Shown: one piece after another, positions 8,433-17,307 of the stretch | How positions within the stretch are numbered: position 1 is the first letter of the stretch | Layout: every line of letters starts with the position of its first letter | Assembly: GCA_016839785.1 (NCBI GenBank) | Contig: JAEOTQ010000040.1 | Location: 1-26,964 of the forward strand | DNA from: Candidatus Hodarchaeota archaeon | GTDB taxonomy: Archaea > Asgardarchaeota > Heimdallarchaeia > Hodarchaeales > Hodarchaeaceae | Direction of reading: 5' to 3' | Length of the DNA stretch: 26,964 nt | Position numbers and translations under genes: made by a program | Notes under the pieces: generated by a model | What the model saw: the letters and a program-made list of their open reading frames with translations, nothing else | What the model was told of the DNA's origin: nothing | Database searches by the model: none

Positions 8433-10319
8433 TTAGAGAAGTCTAATATTTTCACTACTAGAGGGAGAAAATAAGTTTATTCCAGTCCGTTCTTTAACTA
8501 GTGAACACAATTCCTCGTATAGATCAAGGTAGTTCACTTTTTTATCTTCTGTTATTCCAGGTACAAAAATTTTGTTCTTTACTGCGAATTTTACTGATTT
8601 TTCGTATCCCGCTGCAGCGTGTCGTAAGACTGCTGACATCGGATCCCAAGTTAATACCCTAAACAGGCGTTCTTGAGTAAGAGGTGTTCCATCAGCAACG
8701 CACACTTGTCCAGCATGAAGAGAATATCCAACTCCCACACCTCCACCTCCGTGATAGCTAACCCACGTTGCTCCAGAAAGCGAATTTCCTAAAAGATTTA
8801 GAACGGGGTAATCTCCGATTGCATCGGATCCATCTCTCATCCCTTCAGTTTCACGATATGGACTAGCAACTGATCCGCCATCTAAATGATCTCGACCAAT
8901 GATAACTGGTGCATCTAGCAATCCATCGGCATATAACTTGTTTAATAACATTCCAAATGCTGCCCTTCCTTTATATCCCGCCCAAAACACTCTAGCAGGA
9001 AGTCCTTTCTCAAAAGGTATGTACCTTGAGGCTAATTCTACCCAATTGATTAGCATTGGATCGTCATGAAACAATTTTTTGGCATACTCATCGGTAGTTA
9101 AGATATCTTTTGGGTTATTAGATAAAGCTGCCCATCTGAATGGTCCTTTTCCTTCGCAAAACAATGGTCTGACATAATTAGGAACAAATCCAGAGAAATT
9201 ATAAGCATCTTCACAGCCCTCTTTAAATGCTTGGGTACGAATGTTGTTCCCATAATCAAAGGTTTCAGCACCTTTCTTCTGTAATTCCACCATTAGTTCA
9301 ATATGATTTTTTACTGTTTTAAAGGCGAGATCTTTATATTTTTTTGGATTAGACGTTCTTAATTCTATTGCCTCATCATAAGTCATTTTATCAGGAATAT
9401 ATCCATTCAACATGTCATGTGCTGAAGTCTGATCTGTAAGAACATGAGGAGTTATCTTATTTCTTATTAAATATTCAAGCAAATTAACCGCATTACATAA
9501 AACTCCAATAGACGTGGGTTGATTTTTTAGTGCATATTCACGTGCAAGTTTTACTCCTTCTCCAATAGAATCGACCTGTATATCTAAATAGGGAGTACCT
9601 GTATCTCGCCCCTCATTATACATACGATCAAGATTATTTGGATCAATTTCGGCTATAAGGGCAATTTTTCCCGCCATTTTTATAGCGAGAGCTTGAGCCC
9701 CACCCATCAATCCAAGACCTGCCGTAACAATTAGATTTTGTTCAAAAGAATTAAGTTTATTGTAGTTAGGAGAATTTTCGGCAGATTTTATGGCTGCGAT
9801 CATTGTTTCGTAAGTACCTTGGATTATCCCCTGTAACCCTATAAAAATCCAGCTTCCTGCGGTCATTTGGCCATACACAGTCAATCCTGCATCAACCATT
9901 TCCTGAAAAGACTGTGTCCAATTAGGAACAATTACTGAATTCGTCACAACACACCGAGGTGCTAACTGATGAGTTATGGTTTTTCCATAGGGGACTCCTG
10001 ATTGCATGAAAAGTGTTTCATTTGGCTCTAAAGATTGTAACATATCTATGGTTTCATAATACGCCTCCCAATTCCGCATCGCTTTTCCACTACCCCCATA
10101 AATAAAGAATTTTTCCCAGTTTTTCCCATTATGGAGGTTTGAGATAATAGCTCGAATGATTCCTTCGGTTTGCCAGCCAGCTTTTGTAGTGGGAGATAAG
10201 GCTGCCTCTCCTTTCGGTAAAGGGGGAATTCTAGTTGGCTTAAGATCATACCTCAATCTCTTTTCTTCTTCAACTTTATGATGACCCTCAACAATTTCTT
10301 GCAGCTTAGTTTTTTTCAT
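8433..10319 (-). CDS. hutU: Urocanate hydratase
   Basis: YGGSGKAMRNW, YGQMTAGSW, QGTYET, TAGLGLMGGAQ (NAD binding), TDQTSAHD, FDYGNNIR, GPFRW, GRDHLD, SPYRETE, GGGVG. SD GAGGA. Confidence 0.93.
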   Translation of the reverse strand: MKKTKLQEIVEGHHKVEEEKRLRYDLKPTRIPPLPKGEAALSPTTKAGWQTEGIIRAIISNLHNGKNWEKFFIYGGSGKAMRNWEAYYETIDMLQSLEPNETLFMQSGVPYGKTITHQLAPRCVVTNSVIVPNWTQSFQEMVDAGLTVYGQMTAGSWIFIGLQGIIQGTYETMIAAIKSAENSPNYNKLNSFEQNLIVTAGLGLMGGAQALAIKMAGKIALIAEIDPNNLDRMYNEGRDTGTPYLDIQVDSIGEGVKLAREYALKNQPTSIGVLCNAVNLLEYLIRNKITPHVLTDQTSAHDMLNGYIPDKMTYDEAIELRTSNPKKYKDLAFKTVKNHIELMVELQKKGAETFDYGNNIRTQAFKEGCEDAYNFSGFVPNYVRPLFCEGKGPFRWAALSNNPKDILTTDEYAKKLFHDDPMLINWVELASRYIPFEKGLPARVFWAGYKGRAAFGMLLNKLYADGLLDAPVIIGRDHLDGGSVASPYRETEGMRDGSDAIGDYPVLNLLGNSLSGATWVSYHGGGGVGVGYSLHAGQVCVADGTPLTQERLFRVLTWDPMSAVLRHAAAGYEKSVKFAVKNKIFVPGITEDKKVNYLDLYEELCSLVKERTGINLFSPSSSENIRLL

Positions 10320-10516
10320 TATTAATCCTCAAGCAATATATCATTACCATAGAAGAGTAAATTGGAATTTTTGAATCATCACTGTATTTTAAAACAGATA
10401 TCTTTGATACAAAACAAGAATGCAATGATATACTTTGAGAAAGAGGAGATAAAAGGTTTTTTCCACCTTCCCCCGTCATAAATTTAGCTCTTGGACAGGA
10501 CGTTACAAAGAATATC

Positions 10517-11221
10517 TTAACGTTTTTGGAGTTCTGAAATTAAAATATCCCGAATGACCATTTGAATCGGTTGAATTATTCTTTGAACTGCTTGAGGGCG
10601 CTGTTTTGGATTCCATTCTCCTTTGCTCCATGCCTCACGCAGTGCACTCAATGCATCAAGGCAACTAACCTCAAAAGTGCTTGCAAAAGTATCTCGTAAC
10701 TTATCAGAGACACCAGCCTCAATCATCAATCTCCCAACATCGGCAGCGCTAATACGGGATTCTACAGGTAAATCCATTTTATTAAGCATGATGGCGATTT
10801 TGATGTCTCCCGTATATATTTTATCTCCAGAGACCTCAAAGAGTTCTTTCAGGCTATCCTTATTTTCTTCCCAACGAGCTTTTTCAGAATCAATTACAAC
10901 TATCAGGCCATGAAGTCCGTTAATAACAATTTTTCTCATGGATTTGAATCTATCTTGCCCAGGGGTTGTAAAAAGATGGTATTTAAAGCCCTTCCCTGGA
11001 CCTCCTCCCAAACCAAAGGTGGCTTGATCAAAACCAATAGTTCTCTCCGTAGCTTTATCTTCGAGTTTTAAAAAGTTATAAACACTCTCAGGATCTTCTT
11101 TTTTCTTTATTGCATGGAATAAACTTAAAGCTGTTGTTTTTCCTGCTAATGTTGGTCCCCAGATAACAATTTTTATCCCTTGTTGCGACTCTTCAAACAC
11201 CAGCTCTTCTTCTTGACTCAA
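10517..11221 (-). CDS. MglA-like small Ras-superfamily GTPase
   Basis: G1 GPTLAGKTT, G2 ERTIGFD (MglA RTLFFD-like, with intrinsic Arg), G3 TTPGQ lacking the DxxG Asp as in MglA, G4 NKMD. TTG start at 11221 preferred (GAGGA 7 nt upstream) over the track's GTG at 11269. Confidence 0.85.
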   Translation of the reverse strand: MSQEEELVFEESQQGIKIVIWGPTLAGKTTALSLFHAIKKKEDPESVYNFLKLEDKATERTIGFDQATFGLGGGPGKGFKYHLFTTPGQDRFKSMRKIVINGLHGLIVVIDSEKARWEENKDSLKELFEVSGDKIYTGDIKIAIMLNKMDLPVESRISAADVGRLMIEAGVSDKLRDTFASTFEVSCLDALSALREAWSKGEWNPKQRPQAVQRIIQPIQMVIRDILISELQKR

Positions 11222-11611
11222 TGAATGTTCCTCGAAAAGTTTTACTTTGAAATAAAGCCTAAGAATCACTTAGAACGATAAATTGTAAGGAAAGGTACCA
11301 AATTCCTAACACTTATCTCACTTGTCAGTCTATTTCCTTATTATTCTTCTACTTAAAAAGGAATGCTAAATTCCAGAGGGATTTAATCCTTCTATATATT
11401 ATCAGATTCAGATTTCATTTTAACCTATGGTATTTGCTATCAATTTATGTGCTAATACAATAAGTGTTGTAGGTTAGCTTTTTGCTTTGCTCTATTAACT
11501 AATAATAAGTAAATTTGAAGAATCTATATAATTCTTAAATTGATAGATAGTTTAAAATTGGTAAAAAAGCATATTCGCCATCTTATTGTCTTTTAAGGAT
11601 AGAATGGTCCT

Positions 11612-12331
11612 ATGAGTGAAAATTTTGATCTAATTGCCGTTTCACCTCATCCTGATGATGCAGAAATCGGTTGTGGAGGAACTCTTGCTTTACTTTCAGA
11701 AATGGGGTACCGAATTGCTATTGTAGATTTGACAAATGGAGAACCTACTCCCTTTAATGATGATCCGCAAGTACGCCTTAATGAAGCTTCAAAAGCCGCA
11801 AAAATTCTTGGAATTGAGAGAGTGACTCTTGATTTACCAAATAGGAAACTTCTTGACAGTATTGAGGCAAGAATGATCTTAGCAAAAGAGCTAAGGAGAA
11901 TGAGACCAAAAATCGTCATAGGAATGCAGGGGATGACTCCTCGGGCTTCCCCAGATCATTATCAAAGTCAGCTGATATTCGATGCCGCCGTTTTCTATAG
12001 TAGATTATCAAAGTGGGAAGATATTTTCGACGGACTGGAACCATGGCGAATTGAAAATGTATTTTATTATTATACAGCTCGTGAATTACTAACTCAATCT
12101 CAACCTTTACAATTTACTGTCGATATTAGTACCCATTTTGAAACTAAAAAATCTGCATTATTAGCATACAAATCTCAATTTAGAGCTCATCCATCATATA
12201 ATCCTCCCATTATTGACTGGATCGAAGGTATGGGCAGATATTTTGGTTCCCTCACAGGATGCAAATATGCAGAAATCTTCTACGGGTCAAATATTATGAC
12301 AATGAATTTATTCAAACATATTCTTGATTAA
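11612..12331 (+). CDS. PIG-L/LmbE family N-acetylglucosaminyl deacetylase (BshB1-like)
   Basis: AVSPHPDDAEIGCGGTL, DLTNGE, R..EA..AA.ILG, PDH, VDIS..FETK..ALLAYKSQF, YAE.F. Confidence 0.9.
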   Translation: MSENFDLIAVSPHPDDAEIGCGGTLALLSEMGYRIAIVDLTNGEPTPFNDDPQVRLNEASKAAKILGIERVTLDLPNRKLLDSIEARMILAKELRRMRPKIVIGMQGMTPRASPDHYQSQLIFDAAVFYSRLSKWEDIFDGLEPWRIENVFYYYTARELLTQSQPLQFTVDISTHFETKKSALLAYKSQFRAHPSYNPPIIDWIEGMGRYFGSLTGCKYAEIFYGSNIMTMNLFKHILD

Positions 12332-12355
12332 ATTTTCCGCTCATTAATCGCAAAA

Positions 12356-13300
12356 CTACTTTTCTTCATGTCCACGAGCAACTCTAGCAGCAAATAACGC
12401 ATATTCTAGAAATTCTTGCGGTTCTAACTGTTCTATTGAAGATTTTAAAGCCGCTAATATTTTATTCCTAACTTCTTCTTCCTTATTTTCATAATTTGAA
12501 TGCGATAAACATTTTGAATAAAACACAGCAGAATCTTGAAATTCTCCCAATTGATACAAACCATCAGCAAGTTCTAAATATTCATCAGAATATTCTATTT
12601 TCGATTCAGATGTCATACTATCGAGTAAATCAGCATAGTGCTTGAGTGCAATGATTGCACACCGGAGACTCTCGATTACTGCATGTTTTGCTAATCGATC
12701 ACATATAGCAGTACGGAGGTAGTTAATTCGAGAGCTATTTCTAGAATCATCTCTTGCTAGAGCTTCTAGGCTTTTATTTACGCGCCAATATTGTGGAACT
12801 TCATATCCCTGAATTGGATCAGATATCTGCAGCAAAATTCTTGATTTTACTCCATATTTCGCCAAATCTTGCACTGGAGTGTCTCCTAAAATTTCCAATA
12901 CTCCGAATTCTCTCAATTTCGGCAAAAAATATGGTTGTAAGTAACTGAAAAAATGAAAATTCTCATTATAAATCGTTTCTACAGATGACAATACTACCTG
13001 TTTAAATTCGGAAATCTGTGCAGGCTCTAGTAACTGATAAAGTCGAATCTCAGTCGAATGAGCTATTGAGAAAGAAATAACATCCCCTTGAGTTCCATCA
13101 GATTCTATCTTGAATATTGCCGTCCCCGAAGGAAGGGAGATAGGCATCGTTACACGCCGTTCATATATTGAAATATCAAGATCCTTTTCGTTTATCCATT
13201 TTTCAGCTAATAAGTTGCTAAATATCCACAATTCAGGTTGGTTGGAAATTTCCAACAAGTTTTTCCTTCTCGTTCGTTGGGGCACAGATCTTTCCTCCAT
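12356..13300 (-). CDS. Hypothetical protein with C-terminal TPR-like helices
   Basis: 314-aa ORF filling the gap between neighbours; YLELADGLYQLGEFQDSAVFYSKCL fits a TPR pattern. Confidence 0.7.
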   Translation of the reverse strand: MEERSVPQRTRRKNLLEISNQPELWIFSNLLAEKWINEKDLDISIYERRVTMPISLPSGTAIFKIESDGTQGDVISFSIAHSTEIRLYQLLEPAQISEFKQVVLSSVETIYNENFHFFSYLQPYFLPKLREFGVLEILGDTPVQDLAKYGVKSRILLQISDPIQGYEVPQYWRVNKSLEALARDDSRNSSRINYLRTAICDRLAKHAVIESLRCAIIALKHYADLLDSMTSESKIEYSDEYLELADGLYQLGEFQDSAVFYSKCLSHSNYENKEEEVRNKILAALKSSIEQLEPQEFLEYALFAARVARGHEEK

Positions 13301-13420
13301 TTAACACTAAATTTGCTGGAAATTTAAAAGCTAACTTTTAGACAATTAACCTGAACCTATTTGGAAATATTCAGTCAAACTATCTCGAATGGAGATTGAG
13401 TGAATATGAAACTGAAGAGA

Positions 13421-15346
13421 TTATCTGCGTACTCTTACCGCTATTCCATGGTTAAACTGAATCATTTCAGCAGCAGAGAGATGCGCACTTCCAGAATTTA
13501 TGAAATTATTAGCAACATCAACTATAAACACCTCTTCACCACATTTAACATCTGGATCCACATTCTCAACAAATTTAGCAAGAAGATCTTTATTTTTAGA
13601 AACGAATGGAATAGTATCATTAGAAGCGACAACACGAAGTCTTGGAGAAGGGATAAAATCACATAATTCTTTGGCAAAAGATTTTGAAGGGATAATAGAA
13701 AAGTCGGTGGGTCTCAGTGTTCCCAAGATGTTATCTTGAAAAGTAAAATTTCTTAAAATTCCAGTTTTAGGAGAACGATGGATAGACACAGGCATATTGT
13801 CAAAAATTCTATGGGTTCCAGATCCAAATTGATAATCTAAAATTGCATGAAGTTTGAATTTATCAGATGACCTACTACCTTTCTTATTTTTATCCATAAC
13901 CTTAAATTCATCAAGGATTTCGCTCTTTATTCCCAGATTTGAATGTAGTTCAATAGATTCAAATTTATCTCTATAGTTGTTCACAAAACGCTCAATAAAT
14001 GCAATATCTTTGTCAGTAAAACTCATAGGTATCCTTTCATGTTGAACAAGGGGATAAACTCCTTGTAACTCATCTGGTATAACACCAAAAAGTGGGGATA
14101 TCTTCAATACTTGAAAATCATCAGTTGATCGGATTTTACGATAATCACGGGCAAGTACCAATTTTGAATTCCACGGATAGAATCTGTCGAAGATACGTTC
14201 TTTATATCGTAAAATTTGTGGATGTGACTTTAACACGGGATGGGAAAATAAGGTGGCTCTTTTAGAAGAGATTGGGGTAAACTTTTCAATGAATTTTGAT
14301 GTAGAAGTTTCAAATAATAACGGAATTAAACGTGCAAGCGATGGATGAGTCATTGTCCGCGATAATACCAGTTCATATAATCTTCCTTCAATAATAGCCT
14401 GCTTGATTCTTCGAATTTCTTCAAAGCTAACATTTAGATTGTGTTTTGCTAATAATTGAGTCCGAGTTTTATGGTCAAGACGTTGTAACTCTTTAACACT
14501 ATGTGCAAGACAAATATCACAGGAACAGGGAAAATACTGAAGATCATCAAGATATTGAGTCCCAAATTCGGTTAAATATCGATTTTTCCTCGCATATAAA
14601 AAATAGGCGGCAGAATCGAACATATCAATCCCAAGAAAGACTGAGATGGCAAAAAACATTGGATGACCAGCCCCAAATAGATGAATAGGTCGATTCAAGG
14701 GTAGAATTTTTTTTGCCGTTAGAATCATATTTATTACAATTTCATAGTTGTACTTTTCAAGATATGGCACAACAGAACCAATTGGATGGATATCAAAGGC
14801 TTTTTGTGCCATCTCCATACTTGATTGCTCAACTAAATTCAAATATTCTCCCCCTTGAATGGGACCAGCCCATAATGTTTTACTCGACGGATCTCGATGC
14901 TGAATGTGCTCATCAGCTCTAATTAATGTCCTTTTTAATGCATCTTGAACACCAGGGAGATCAACTTGCTTAGTAGGAATGTCTAAAAATACTCCTATGT
15001 CACTCTGGATCTGTTCCTGAAAAGAAGTAATCAAAGAATTTGTAATAGATACTTCTCCATATTCCATAAGCTGAAATGCCCCAGAATCAGTCATTAAAGG
15101 GCCATCAAAACCAATAAATTTGTGTAAACCTTGTTTTAACGCTTTTTCTCGATTAGGAGTATCACGATACAGTAAATACGCGTTTGTAATAAACGCTTCA
15201 GCCCCACACTTAACCATATCAGCTGGAGGTATTTCTTGTCTGTTAGGATTAATAACAGGCAACAGAACTGGGGTCGATATTTTGCCATGAGATGTTAGTA
15301 TCGTGCCTATACGTCCTAAGCCATCTTTCTTCTGAATTGAGAACAT
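13421..15346 (-). CDS. tgtA: Archaeosine tRNA-guanine(15) transglycosylase with C-terminal PUA domain
   Basis: GRIG.I.T.HG.ISTP, MTDSGAFQL, PIQGG, HPIGSVVP, HLFGAGHP, DMFDSAAY, Zn site CSCDIC...H, DYQFG, PUA-like C-terminus ending GIAVRVRR. Confidence 0.95.
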   Translation of the reverse strand: MFSIQKKDGLGRIGTILTSHGKISTPVLLPVINPNRQEIPPADMVKCGAEAFITNAYLLYRDTPNREKALKQGLHKFIGFDGPLMTDSGAFQLMEYGEVSITNSLITSFQEQIQSDIGVFLDIPTKQVDLPGVQDALKRTLIRADEHIQHRDPSSKTLWAGPIQGGEYLNLVEQSSMEMAQKAFDIHPIGSVVPYLEKYNYEIVINMILTAKKILPLNRPIHLFGAGHPMFFAISVFLGIDMFDSAAYFLYARKNRYLTEFGTQYLDDLQYFPCSCDICLAHSVKELQRLDHKTRTQLLAKHNLNVSFEEIRRIKQAIIEGRLYELVLSRTMTHPSLARLIPLLFETSTSKFIEKFTPISSKRATLFSHPVLKSHPQILRYKERIFDRFYPWNSKLVLARDYRKIRSTDDFQVLKISPLFGVIPDELQGVYPLVQHERIPMSFTDKDIAFIERFVNNYRDKFESIELHSNLGIKSEILDEFKVMDKNKKGSRSSDKFKLHAILDYQFGSGTHRIFDNMPVSIHRSPKTGILRNFTFQDNILGTLRPTDFSIIPSKSFAKELCDFIPSPRLRVVASNDTIPFVSKNKDLLAKFVENVDPDVKCGEEVFIVDVANNFINSGSAHLSAAEMIQFNHGIAVRVRR

Positions 15347-15526
15347 AATTGTCAGATCTCGTCTTCTGTTATCGCAGCTATCTGTATATACCTTATTCCT
15401 TTATCCATATGAAATTCTCGATGCAAAATTATCGATTCCAGAAATTTATCTAGAGAAAGATGTAGAAATAGCACTCGGTTGATTACTATTTCTTATAAGA
15501 AAATAAATGGAAAATTGAATCAGACT

Positions 15527-16438
15527 TCATGATTTTCTAATATCAGATTCTTTGCTTTTTTCAATAGAGATATTATCTACCTGGAGGGCTTGTTCATCTT
15601 GTTTTGCAGTGAGTGATTCACTTTCATCTATATCCACCACTTTATCAACAGTTCTGAAAATTAAATGAAGATCTTTGACTTTAAAATCGGATCCCTCTTC
15701 TTCAAAGTCTGAGGGCAAGTTTATTTCCGCCCAGATTTCATCTCCAGAAAAACCAGTGAAAGCGGTCGATTGTTCTAGCTCAATTTCCACAGTTCCAGGG
15801 TCTCGAATCACTAAATTCTGAAATTTCAGTTCGACAAAATTTCCCTCAATCAACACTTCAACATCGAGACCATAGGATTCGGAAAGGGTATCAACGATTG
15901 AACGGAGCATTTTTAAACTGTGAATACTTGTTTCTTGTGCATTCACGAGACATAAATCTAATTTTGGCCAGAGACAAAAGATTTGGCCTCGGACAAAGTG
16001 AGTTTCAATAAGTTGATCCACATTGCCCATTGGTAGAACTTCTTTTCCTTTAATAATGGTTCGTTTTAATAAATCAGACGCGGTTTTTCGAGCTTTTGTC
16101 TGTTTTTCGTGAATGATTTTCCAATAATCATCTAAATAAATATAGACATCAGGTAATAAGAATTCTCCTTCTTGAAAAGAGCGTGAAAGACCCTTAATTC
16201 TCTGGGAATAACAAAACATAGGCATTTTTTTCTTGGATTCTCGTTTCAGTAATAAAACATCCAAATACCTACGATCAGTGCATTTTGGCCTTAGCATATT
16301 GACGACTTTGTTGTTTTGACATTTCGATAAGCAGAAATCACGCCGATCCCTTACCATCTCTTCCCATAGAGTAATCCCCGAAACACGATTCAACGTGGCC
16401 ATGGCAGCTTTCGGGGCTTCAAGATCGATCCATTTCAT
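15527..16438 (-). CDS. Hypothetical protein (Cys-containing basic N-terminal half, acidic C-terminal half)
   Basis: 303-aa ATG-started ORF with no competing long ORF; no family recognised. Confidence 0.75.
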   Translation of the reverse strand: MKWIDLEAPKAAMATLNRVSGITLWEEMVRDRRDFCLSKCQNNKVVNMLRPKCTDRRYLDVLLLKRESKKKMPMFCYSQRIKGLSRSFQEGEFLLPDVYIYLDDYWKIIHEKQTKARKTASDLLKRTIIKGKEVLPMGNVDQLIETHFVRGQIFCLWPKLDLCLVNAQETSIHSLKMLRSIVDTLSESYGLDVEVLIEGNFVELKFQNLVIRDPGTVEIELEQSTAFTGFSGDEIWAEINLPSDFEEEGSDFKVKDLHLIFRTVDKVVDIDESESLTAKQDEQALQVDNISIEKSKESDIRKS

Positions 16439-16986
16439 TTTATCACATACTTCATATTGTTGGAAAAGTGGTTACGCATTTCCTCGAAGTTTTTTTATTA
16501 TTTATGCTCCAAGAGCTTCTGGAAACAGTGGTTTAACGTGTAATTGAACCTTTAACAGATTAAATTTCAGGTGTAAATTCTGTTACGAGAGTAAGCACTA
16601 TCATATAAGCAATTAATAATTATCATTAATTTAAGTATGCATATTGTTACATTAGAAACAGACAAAACTCTTTAATGACCAATCTTCATGATTAAAAGTA
16701 AAGAAGCTGAATTTATTTCCCTTAGTGATTGGTAGAATTATTATGGGTTATAAAGAATGCTTAGGTATTCCAGAGTATGTGGTCGAGGAAGAGTTATGAG
16801 ATAAAAATAGATTTTTTTTTTACGCTCAGTGTGATTAATATTTTATAACGAGATTATCGAATTTTAGTGGTAGTATTCAGAATTGGAAGCAAAGGGAAAT
16901 GAGCGTGTAAGCTTATGTTCCCTCATTCTAATTATATGGAAAAAGTCACATTTGCGGAAAGCTTCAATTAATGAATACGTATCACA

Positions 16987-17025
16987 CTATCCACAATTTG
17001 AGTATCCACAAACCTGGCAAAGAAT
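16987..17025 (-). pseudogene. nrdJ: Relic 3' end of a second, diverged nrdJ allele (ILCQVCGYSNCG*)
   Basis: Matches the nrdJ C-terminus ILCRVCGYSKCG* (17308-17346): 10/12 aa plus the stop, 29/39 nt, with differences mostly at third codon positions. In-frame TAA two codons upstream. Confidence 0.75.
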
Positions 17026-17307
17026 ACTTTATGGAAAAAATTACCATCCACCTTGTCCAGGGGGATCAATCATCTTTGAAGTGCTGAAAGCTACAAGGAG
17101 ATCATGATCATTTTTCTTCTTCTTTTTTTTTCAAATAGTCTAAACTCTTCTCTTTATCTTTTTTCTTTTTATTCAAGATCAAGATTTCTCCTATATAGTG
17201 GAAATATGTCGTCTCCCAGGGCAATCATTGCGTCACTCAGTGTAATTTTATAGTAAAAGTCACAAGTTAATAATCCCTGAAATTAATAACTATATACTAC
17301 TAATCTT

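Noticed and set aside
209-14922. Short alternative-frame or antisense ORFs inside major genes (e.g. 209-541, 4646-5011, 5344-5667, 10623-10913, 11647-11919, 13400-13739)
   Set aside because: They overlap well-supported CDSs and carry no recognisable motifs; treated as shadow ORFs.
16883-17107. 74-aa plus-strand ORF
   Set aside because: TTG start, no motif, and antisense to the nrdJ relic, whose codon-position pattern shows the minus strand was the coding one. Not fully excluded, since a T-tract follows it.
16824-17251. Similar CTCAGTGT...TTTTATA segments near 16825 and 17236
   Set aside because: Short, gapped, AT-rich and at different distances from the two nrdJ stops; not distinguishable from chance.
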